Shown: in pieces, positions 18,861 to 26,471 of the stretch
Position numbering within the stretch: position 1 is the stretch's first letter
How the letters are laid out: each line of letters opens with the position of its first letter
Assembly (NCBI GenBank): GCA_051251915.1
Contig: JBPOGF010000001.1
Location: forward strand, 128,001 to 192,000
Direction of reading: 5' to 3'
DNA length: 64,000 nt
Origin: Akkermansiaceae bacterium
GTDB lineage: Bacteria; Verrucomicrobiota; Verrucomicrobiia; Verrucomicrobiales; Akkermansiaceae
Translations under genes and position numbers: made by a program
The notes under the pieces: model-generated
What the model was told of the DNA's origin: nothing
Seen by the model: only the letters and a program-made list of their open reading frames with translations
Database searches by the model: none

Positions 18861-21800
18861 ATGAATATACATAAGAGACCATTTATTTACGCATTTTCAG
18901 CAGTTGTCGCATTGTCTAGTTCTGCAGTTCATGGGCAGAAGAAGATGCTTTCTGGGCGTAAGGCAGCCTTTAGTGTGGCGGAGCAGATTTCTAAGTTTAA
19001 GTTGCCCGAGGGTTTTGTGGTGGAGCTGGTGGCTTCTGAGGAGAACGGGCTGATTAATCCTATTGATTTGACGTTTGATGATGCTGGGCGTTTGTGGACG
19101 CAGACTGCGCGGATGTATCCTTTGGATCCGGTGGCTGGAATTAGGTTTGGTGAAGCGCTGAAGATGATGAAGGATCCTGCACTGGATAAGAAGTATCCTA
19201 GGGTGGCTGAGATACAGCAGTTGTATAAGCTGGAGAAGCGAGGGAAAGATCAGATCTTGATTGTGGAGGATCCGACTAAGCGTAGTGAGGGACCGCTGAA
19301 AGTTTGGGCTGATGGGTTATCTATACCTCAGAGTATCTATCCTTATAAGGATGGTTGTTTTGTGGCGCATGGTTCTGAGTTTTTGTTCTTGGATGATGTG
19401 GATAAGGATGGGAAGCAGGATAAGGTGGAGACTGTGATGAGTGGCTTTGGATTTTTTGATACGCATACGATGGCTCATTCTATTGTTAGGGGGCCTGGTG
19501 GTTATTTGTATTTTACACATGGTGCGCTGAACTCTGGTAAGGTGAAGGTTACTAAAACGGGGCAGGAGCTGGAGGTAACTTATGCTAAGAATTTACGAGC
19601 TAAGATAGATGGTAGTAAGTTGGAGATTATTGGGACTGCTAGAGATAATGTTTGGGGGTATCAGGTGCGCTCAAATGGTCAGTGGTATTCTACTTCTGCG
19701 AATGATAATGGACTTTCAATTTTGCCAACTGAGGAACAGACTGGAATTAGTGGGATAGGTGGAGATTCGATTCGTGATTACCAACCGTTGTTAGATGGGG
19801 TGCATAAGTTCCGTGTGGGGGGAACTGGGATTTCTGGTTTGGCATTTTCTGAGGATGGCGAGTATGGGTTTCCGAAGGAGTGGGAGAACGTGGCATTTCT
19901 AGCGAACCCTATCAACAATAGTATCAGTGCTGTAAAGATAGAGCGTTTGCCATCAGGGGAAGTGAAGGCAGAGCTTGAGCCTGAATTTTTGACATGTGAA
20001 GATGATTGGTTCAGACCGGTGAACATTGAGTTTGGTCCGGATGGCTGTCTTTATATTGCGGATTGGTATAACAAGGTGGTTTCTCATAATGAGATCAGTA
20101 CAGATCACCCAGATAGGGATCGTAAGCATGGTCGTATTTGGAGGATACGACATAAGGATCAGAAGGCTTTTGATATTCCGAATGTAGCTAAGGTGGCGAA
20201 TGGTGAGCTTTTGAAGCATCTCAATGGGAGGACTCTGTGGGAGAAACGTGCTGCTTGGCAGCAGATAGTGGATCGTCAGGCTGTGGAGCTTGCGCCTGAG
20301 TTGAAGAAGCTGGCTGTGGATGCTGCGGTTGATAAGAGTGTGCGGATTCTTGCGATTTGGAGTTTAGAGGGATTGAATGAGTATGATGATGGGATTTTGA
20401 AACAGCTTATTGCGGATAAGGATGGGGATATTGTTAGAGAGGCGATTCGGACGCTTGCGAATTCTAGTTTATCGCCTGAGAAGGTTGCAGCGTATATTGG
20501 GGACCATATTGAGTCTGAGAATGCGATGGTGCGATCACAGAGTATTAGGACTCTTGAGGAGATAGGGAAGGCTGGTGATCATACGATTGATTTGCTGATT
20601 AGGGCTAGTAAGCCGGCTATTGCTGGGACGGGTTTTGGTGGTGCTTATGAGCGTAATTTTGAGAGGTTTTTGGCTCGTAAGGCGTTGGAGAATTACCCTG
20701 AGGAGTTGATTGCTTATCTTGCAACATCAGCAGCTCAGAAGCAACCTGCAGGTAATGTTTTATGGGCTATTCAGGCATTGCCGGCAGATCTTAGAGTTAA
20801 TGTGTTTGTTAAGGTTTGGGATCAAGCTACTAAAGGTGAGATTGATAAGAATACTTTTATTGCTGTGAGTAAGATGCTGGGTAATCCGAAGGTTTTGGAG
20901 GCAGTGAAGGGGACGTTTGTGAAGCGTTCTGCTGAGTTGCTGCCGTTGGCTATTGATAATAAGTCGTTTATTGATGGTCCTGCTGTGTCTCAGTTTTATG
21001 TGAAGCAGATTGCTGGATTGTTTGCGGGTGATGATAAGAAACAGAGTGAGGCACTTGATTTAGTGAATGATTTGCGTGCTCCTCAGCATTTGGATGCTAT
21101 TAAGAAGATATTGGGCTCTAAGGATAAGTCAGGTCTTCATCGGCAGGCTATAGAGGCTTTGGCTCATTCTCCTGGAAATCACTCAGCGCTTTATAAGGCT
21201 GTGGCTGGGGGTAAGGATTACAGTTTTGATGTTAGGCTTCATGCTATGGCTGCGCTTTGTCTTAGTGATGCTAAGGCTGCGGGTGGTGTGATAGCTAAAA
21301 TAGTGCCTACTTTAAGTGATGCGGAGAAGGGTCAGTTGGTAAGGAGACTGAGCTTTAGTAGGCAGGGGAATCAGGCTTTGTTTGGGTTGTGGAGTGCGAA
21401 GAAGGTCAATGTGAGTCATTGGGATTTTCCTTCGGCTCAGAGGTCCGTGAAGTTCTTTAGGAAGCATAAGACGGCTAAGGCGATCTTTGGCCAGTTAAAG
21501 AAAAAAGAGGAGGCTGATAGGAAGGCGCTTACTGAGAGAGTGGAACATTTTTCTAAAGCTGTGAAGCCGCTGAAAGGGAATTCAGAAATGGGTAAGGCGT
21601 TGTTCGGCTCATGTATGGGATGTCATATGGTGGCAGGTGAGGGGCAGAAGATCGCTCCGCCACTTGATGGTTCAGCGGCGCGTGATACTGAGCATCTTTT
21701 GACTGCGATTGTGAATCCTGATGAGGCTTTGGAGTCTGCGTTTGGGCTTTATTATGCAGTTAGAAAAGATGGTCTCGCTGTAGAAGGGTATCTGGCTAAA

Positions 21801-21977
21801 CATGACGATAATGGGATAGTGATTGCTGTGCAGGGCGGACAGGAGACATTCATTGCTAAATCTGAATTGCTTACTCATGGGAGTGTTAGTGGGAGGTCAT
21901 TTATGCCTAGGAGTTTTGGTCAGTTGCCTGATCAGACTATGGCTGATTTGTTGGCTTATATTAAGACGCTGAAGTAG
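18861..21977 (+). CDS. PVC-type heme-binding CxxCH protein (dehydrogenase-like propeller + HEAT-like repeats + cytochrome c)
   Basis: FKLPEGFVVELVASE, FRPVNIEFGPDGCLYIADWYN, HGRIWRI, CMGCH, SFMP; start moved to ATG 18861, which gives a signal peptide. Confidence 0.9.
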   Translation: MNIHKRPFIYAFSAVVALSSSAVHGQKKMLSGRKAAFSVAEQISKFKLPEGFVVELVASEENGLINPIDLTFDDAGRLWTQTARMYPLDPVAGIRFGEALKMMKDPALDKKYPRVAEIQQLYKLEKRGKDQILIVEDPTKRSEGPLKVWADGLSIPQSIYPYKDGCFVAHGSEFLFLDDVDKDGKQDKVETVMSGFGFFDTHTMAHSIVRGPGGYLYFTHGALNSGKVKVTKTGQELEVTYAKNLRAKIDGSKLEIIGTARDNVWGYQVRSNGQWYSTSANDNGLSILPTEEQTGISGIGGDSIRDYQPLLDGVHKFRVGGTGISGLAFSEDGEYGFPKEWENVAFLANPINNSISAVKIERLPSGEVKAELEPEFLTCEDDWFRPVNIEFGPDGCLYIADWYNKVVSHNEISTDHPDRDRKHGRIWRIRHKDQKAFDIPNVAKVANGELLKHLNGRTLWEKRAAWQQIVDRQAVELAPELKKLAVDAAVDKSVRILAIWSLEGLNEYDDGILKQLIADKDGDIVREAIRTLANSSLSPEKVAAYIGDHIESENAMVRSQSIRTLEEIGKAGDHTIDLLIRASKPAIAGTGFGGAYERNFERFLARKALENYPEELIAYLATSAAQKQPAGNVLWAIQALPADLRVNVFVKVWDQATKGEIDKNTFIAVSKMLGNPKVLEAVKGTFVKRSAELLPLAIDNKSFIDGPAVSQFYVKQIAGLFAGDDKKQSEALDLVNDLRAPQHLDAIKKILGSKDKSGLHRQAIEALAHSPGNHSALYKAVAGGKDYSFDVRLHAMAALCLSDAKAAGGVIAKIVPTLSDAEKGQLVRRLSFSRQGNQALFGLWSAKKVNVSHWDFPSAQRSVKFFRKHKTAKAIFGQLKKKEEADRKALTERVEHFSKAVKPLKGNSEMGKALFGSCMGCHMVAGEGQKIAPPLDGSAARDTEHLLTAIVNPDEALESAFGLYYAVRKDGLAVEGYLAKHDDNGIVIAVQGGQETFIAKSELLTHGSVSGRSFMPRSFGQLPDQTMADLLAYIKTLK

Positions 21978-22049
21978 GGGCTTGGGGTGTCGCTTGTGAC
22001 TGTGATGGTGCAAGCGATTTCTTTTGAGGTTTTCTGCTTCATTTGGCTC

Positions 22050-22078
22050 TTGATAGTTGTTGTTGAGTTGCGTTTAAT
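22050..22078 (+). promoter_or_regulatory. sigma70-like promoter
   Basis: TTGATA, 17 nt, TTTAAT upstream of 22103. Confidence 0.4.
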
Positions 22079-22102
22079 CATTGTAATAACATTAACTAAA
22101 AT

Positions 22103-22546
22103 ATGAAAAGACTACTTATACTTGCTATTATCTCGATCTTTGGTGTTAGCTCATTACTTGCTGATGAAGCTCAGCTAAACAAAGAACTTGAGGTGCGGAT
22201 TAAAGCTAATAATATACTCACGAAAGAGTTAACTAAGTATGCTGGGGATTCCAAATTTAAGGCTGAGTTAATTCCTCTAGAAACAAAATCTGGAGTCGCT
22301 TGGACTGAATATTTGAATTTTGTGATCAAGTCCAAGGATGTCAAATTGAAAGCCTATGCTCTGCGAACTGAGTATGTGCAAGAGATTATTAATGCGTATT
22401 ATGATATGGAGTATGAGAAGGATGCAGAGACGGTGGCTTTGTTGGAGAAAAAAATAAAGGATCTTAAGGTGAAGTTGGAGGGGCTTGAGACAACTTATTT
22501 GAAAATAGTAGGAGAGAAGCCAGCGGTAGATGAGAAGTCTAAGTGA
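22103..22546 (+). CDS. Secreted helical hypothetical protein
   Basis: Signal peptide, coiled-coil character. Confidence 0.8.
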   Translation: MKRLLILAIISIFGVSSLLADEAQLNKELEVRIKANNILTKELTKYAGDSKFKAELIPLETKSGVAWTEYLNFVIKSKDVKLKAYALRTEYVQEIINAYYDMEYEKDAETVALLEKKIKDLKVKLEGLETTYLKIVGEKPAVDEKSK

Positions 22547-22603
22547 TGCCTGATCTTTTGCTGCTGTGCAGAACGGGGAGTCACTTGGATTATTGTTAAT
22601 GTT

Positions 22604-23119
22604 ATGGGGCTTTTTAAGGTATGTAAGCCTATCGATTATTCTTCTCAAGGGTGGTTAGAGTATTGTGAGTGGAGGAGGTTTCCGTTTACTTCGTTTGATT
22701 CATTAGATTCATCTCTTAATGAATGTGAGGTTGATAGGGATGATGATGAGTATTGGAGTTATTGTGTTTCTAGAGGTGAGTTTTTGACGGATGTGGTTAA
22801 TGATTTGAGCTATGCTAAGAGTATGGCACGGAGGGTTAAAGCTGATGTTGTTTTACAGTTTGATTTTCTGGATCGTGTTGATGATTCGCTGGGTGTTGTT
22901 GGTTACGATATTTTGGATGGGGCTCTGGATTATTCTTTGTTAACGAATTTTGGGAATGATTTTGCGATTGTGAATAAGCATTTAGGGGGGAATGGATTGA
23001 TTGAAGATAGGGAGAAGGTAGTAGAAATACATCGATGGTTTCTTGAGCATTTAGAGGATGATGGTCATGTTATTGGGTCTGAGGTTTGTGCTGTGTATGG
23101 TAAGATAGTTCTTGAGTAG
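22604..23119 (+). CDS. Acidic hypothetical protein
   Basis: 171-aa ORF co-oriented with neighbours. Confidence 0.75.
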   Translation: MGLFKVCKPIDYSSQGWLEYCEWRRFPFTSFDSLDSSLNECEVDRDDDEYWSYCVSRGEFLTDVVNDLSYAKSMARRVKADVVLQFDFLDRVDDSLGVVGYDILDGALDYSLLTNFGNDFAIVNKHLGGNGLIEDREKVVEIHRWFLEHLEDDGHVIGSEVCAVYGKIVLE

Positions 23120-23189
23120 ATGGGTGGGTGTGAAATGATCTGTGTAATCAGAGCATTCATGATTATAAACTTATTTTAGGAGAACACTT

Positions 23190-25319
23190 ATGAAATTTTC
23201 ACGGATACCCTCACTTATTGTCTTAGCTAGTATTTTTAATTTGCAAGCAGGGGAGATGCCTGTTCCAAAATGTGTCTATAAACCAACATTTATGACTGGT
23301 TATGATTCATTTACTGGCGGGACTGCATTTATATGTGAAAACCCTGTGGGGCAAGGAAAGATCATGGTTACTGCAATGCATCTATTTGGGCCAGCATGCG
23401 GTTTGGAAGAGCAATATAGTGCAGAGGAAATACCTAAGAATTTTATAGCAGTTACAGGTTTATCAATGAGCAATAATAAGTCGTTTGTGACTTCGGTAGA
23501 GCCCATGATGGTTGTAGGTAGTAATGTAGATGATGAAGACGGTAGTAGTGGGGATATAGCGGCTTATCAATTACCACTGGGATCAAAGGCTGAGTCGTTG
23601 AAACTTTCGGATATTCCTCCTAAAATAGGTGATGTTGTCTACCTGTTTGGGCGGCAAAGAGGCAGAGCTGATCTTCAGAGTATAAAGGCAGTCGTTGAAT
23701 CTGTGAGTGAAGAGGAGATTGTTTACTGGTATGCCTCTAATAAACTTAACATGGCAGGAACTAGTGGGGCTCCTGTTATAAATTCTAAAGGTGAAGTCGT
23801 GGCGCTTAATACAGCTGGAGGAGAACAAGACGGGAAGCTTTATGGATTTGGAAACCCATCTGCTTCAATGATAAACATGTTAAAAAAATCTCAAAATATG
23901 ATAGCAAATAATTTCACAGAATATGCACTTTCGTCCGAACTTAGCCCTGATGCGACCTACACAGTTGAATTGCTCATTGATAGGGCGCGCATTGAATTTG
24001 ATCCTAACTATTGGGATGATTGGAGTGAGCGAAGTGATGCTCGTGAGGCTAAAGGGTACAAGCCGCAGTTTTCTGAAGAGGATGTTAGACCAGCTGAGAA
24101 GGAGCTGAATAAACTTACTTGGCTTAGTTTACAACGGACTAGTGACAAGGAACGTCCCGTCCGCGATTTGAGTGCTTTACGATTACTGCCAGCTCTCGCG
24201 GGGTTAGTAGTATCGAATAACGAGATAACGGATATTTCAGCTATAGGTAGCAGTGTGAATTTAAAGAGACTTATTCTTAGTAGGAATCCTATTAGTGATA
24301 TTTCAGCTCTAAAGAATTGTATGGAGATTGAAGACTTGGAACTGGTGGAAATGCCTATCGAAGATTTCTCAGTTTTAGAAAAGTTATCAAATTTACGTGA
24401 ACTTACGATATCTGCCGAACAGATACCTGCCTTTAAGAAACTTAAACGATTAGAGTATCTTACAAAGCTTGAGATACAGGGAGACAGTTTTGATTCCTTT
24501 AAAGAGTTTCCTGATATGCCCAATTTAAGGGTGATACGAGGAGCTGAAGTGAAGAGTCTTGTAGGGTTAGAAAAATTTACGAAGCTTGAGAATTTAGTGA
24601 ATTTCTCAGGTGATTTTGATACGCTCGAACCTTTAGCTAACTTGAAAGCTTTGACTCATATCAATATTACAAGTCCTGCTGTAAGTTCATTGAAGCCTCT
24701 CTCAGGTCTACTAGCGTTACGTGATCTTTGGCTAAATACTGATAACCCGAACATTGATTTGAGTCCTTTAGGTTCACTTCCTGCGCTTCATGATCTTACT
24801 GTGAAGCATAATAGAGAAGAGGTTAAGTCGCTGAAAAGCTTCAAGGCAACACTTGAGTCTTGGGATATTGAGTTTCTTGCTCCAGAAGCTAGGTATACTC
24901 CATCACTTGAGATGGAAGTAGTAGATCAGAAGACCTTTGATGTTTTTGACACTGTGAAGCCCTTTAATGTAAACAAATTAGATGTGAACGAGGGGTTGTT
25001 AACTTCTGAGTTGGAATGGCTTGATGAGAGAATTGAGGATGTTCTCTCAATCGACTTTGAAGAGGGTGAGGATTACACGATTCCTTTTCAGTGGGGTGGG
25101 GCGCGATCAAGAACGGTTGTTCTGTTGAGCGAAGAAGCGGTTGATGCATTTCCTCGGCTAGTATTAGGTATTCAGAAAGTGCTGTCTACTGCGAAGAAAG
25201 ATTGGATTATCTATTTTCAATCTGAAGATGATGATTTTATCGTATGGATCTATCCTGATAAGATCATGGTGACAAAGGAGTATGAGAAAAAGGTGAGGAA
25301 GCTGATCAAACCTAACTAG
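23190..25319 (+). CDS. Trypsin-like serine protease fused to leucine-rich-repeat domain
   Basis: Triad motifs TAMH, GDIA, GTSGAP; LRRs such as LKRLILSRNPISDISAL; AGGAG RBS. Confidence 0.85.
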   Translation: MKFSRIPSLIVLASIFNLQAGEMPVPKCVYKPTFMTGYDSFTGGTAFICENPVGQGKIMVTAMHLFGPACGLEEQYSAEEIPKNFIAVTGLSMSNNKSFVTSVEPMMVVGSNVDDEDGSSGDIAAYQLPLGSKAESLKLSDIPPKIGDVVYLFGRQRGRADLQSIKAVVESVSEEEIVYWYASNKLNMAGTSGAPVINSKGEVVALNTAGGEQDGKLYGFGNPSASMINMLKKSQNMIANNFTEYALSSELSPDATYTVELLIDRARIEFDPNYWDDWSERSDAREAKGYKPQFSEEDVRPAEKELNKLTWLSLQRTSDKERPVRDLSALRLLPALAGLVVSNNEITDISAIGSSVNLKRLILSRNPISDISALKNCMEIEDLELVEMPIEDFSVLEKLSNLRELTISAEQIPAFKKLKRLEYLTKLEIQGDSFDSFKEFPDMPNLRVIRGAEVKSLVGLEKFTKLENLVNFSGDFDTLEPLANLKALTHINITSPAVSSLKPLSGLLALRDLWLNTDNPNIDLSPLGSLPALHDLTVKHNREEVKSLKSFKATLESWDIEFLAPEARYTPSLEMEVVDQKTFDVFDTVKPFNVNKLDVNEGLLTSELEWLDERIEDVLSIDFEEGEDYTIPFQWGGARSRTVVLLSEEAVDAFPRLVLGIQKVLSTAKKDWIIYFQSEDDDFIVWIYPDKIMVTKEYEKKVRKLIKPN

Positions 25320-25332
25320 TGAAAGAAACAAT

Positions 25333-25722
25333 ATGAAATTGAATTTAACTGTTCTAAGGTCTTCTGATATGGAGGCACTTGCGAAATTTTATAGTGCTTT
25401 GTTTGAGCGGGAATTAGAGAAGCATAGGCATGGGAAGGGGCCTGAGCATTTTGGGACTGAGTTAGGGGAGCTTGTTTTTGAGATTTATCCTCAGAGAAGT
25501 GAAGCAGATGATACTACTTCTGTGAGGCTTGGTTATTTAGTGGATAGTATAGAGAGTGTGTTAGATAGAATTAGTGGGTTTGCTTTTACTGTTGTGTCAG
25601 AAGCTAAAGATTCAGCTTGGGGAAAGAGAATGGTATTGGATGATCCGGAGGGGCATCGGATGGAGTTAACGGAATCAAATAGCAAAGAACAAAAGATGCA
25701 GGATAATATGGAGTTAAGCTAA
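25333..25722 (+). CDS. VOC/glyoxalase-family protein
   Basis: LRSSDMEALAKFY, HGKGPEH, WGKRMVLDDPEGHRMEL. Confidence 0.85.
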   Translation: MKLNLTVLRSSDMEALAKFYSALFERELEKHRHGKGPEHFGTELGELVFEIYPQRSEADDTTSVRLGYLVDSIESVLDRISGFAFTVVSEAKDSAWGKRMVLDDPEGHRMELTESNSKEQKMQDNMELS

Positions 25723-26102
25723 TGAAGCCTATTGAATCAAGTGATGAGGCCATTTATCCTCTATGGGATAGCTTTGGGATTCGGCTTATAGATTTTCGAC
25801 CGAATTGGGATGGTGATTATGTTAATGTATTTACTTGTGTTGAGCCTCAGGTGACCGAGGAGGTTACGGAGGAGATGATGAAGGATTGTGCTAGGCAGCT
25901 TGCAAGATGGATATTGGAAAATAAGGATGGATTTGGTAAGGATGATAGATTTTTAATCATCATAGGTTGGCCTAAGTCTTTTCGTGAAGCTGGTAGACAG
26001 GTTATTAGGACTGGTGGGACTTATGAGGAGTTAAGTGGTGTTGTTAGTGGGGATACTTCTTTAGTGATGAAAAAGGGGTGGAGTAAGGGTGTCTTTAACT
26101 AG
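25722..26102 (+). CDS. Hypothetical protein
   Basis: TAATG overlap with the upstream gene (translational coupling). Confidence 0.75.
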   Translation: MKPIESSDEAIYPLWDSFGIRLIDFRPNWDGDYVNVFTCVEPQVTEEVTEEMMKDCARQLARWILENKDGFGKDDRFLIIIGWPKSFREAGRQVIRTGGTYEELSGVVSGDTSLVMKKGWSKGVFN

Positions 26103-26241
26103 TAGGTGGAGAATAGATTACAGTCGTGGTAAGTAGAGCTTATGTTGTATGTGGTTTGGGAATTTGAATAGAGATTGAGTTATCAAAGTCTGTAGCATGG
26201 TCATGAGCGTTAACGAAGTTTGAAAGTCAGTGACGGCTGAG

Positions 26242-26470
26242 GTTGGCCTTCAGCCAACGAGGTTTTGGGATGGGGTTTACATAGGGAGTCGCTGCGCTCA
26301 ACCCTATGCTTTATATGATTTTAGCCTTCAGCTAAACGGGTTTTGAGAAGCGGTGTGATAAAAATTACAAAGGGGGATAAAGGTCAGGGATAATCCTTAG
26401 GATTTGTAGCTGTTATCCCTTCAGGATATTTGGATGATTTTGTGTAGGGTTTACCGACGGGGACGTCGGT
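26242..26470. repeat. Cluster of REP-like palindromes
   Basis: GTTGGC-CTTCA-GCCAAC (26242-26258), CATAGGG...CCCTATG (26280-26308), TTTAGC-CTTCA-GCTAAA (26320-26336), ACCGACG-GGGA-CGTCGGT (26453-26470). Confidence 0.6.
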
Positions 26471-26471
26471 G

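Noticed and set aside
22546..25722. Integron attC sites between the small accessory genes
   Set aside because: Only weak GAAC...GTT hints; no convincing R/L boxes or hairpins, and no integrase in the window
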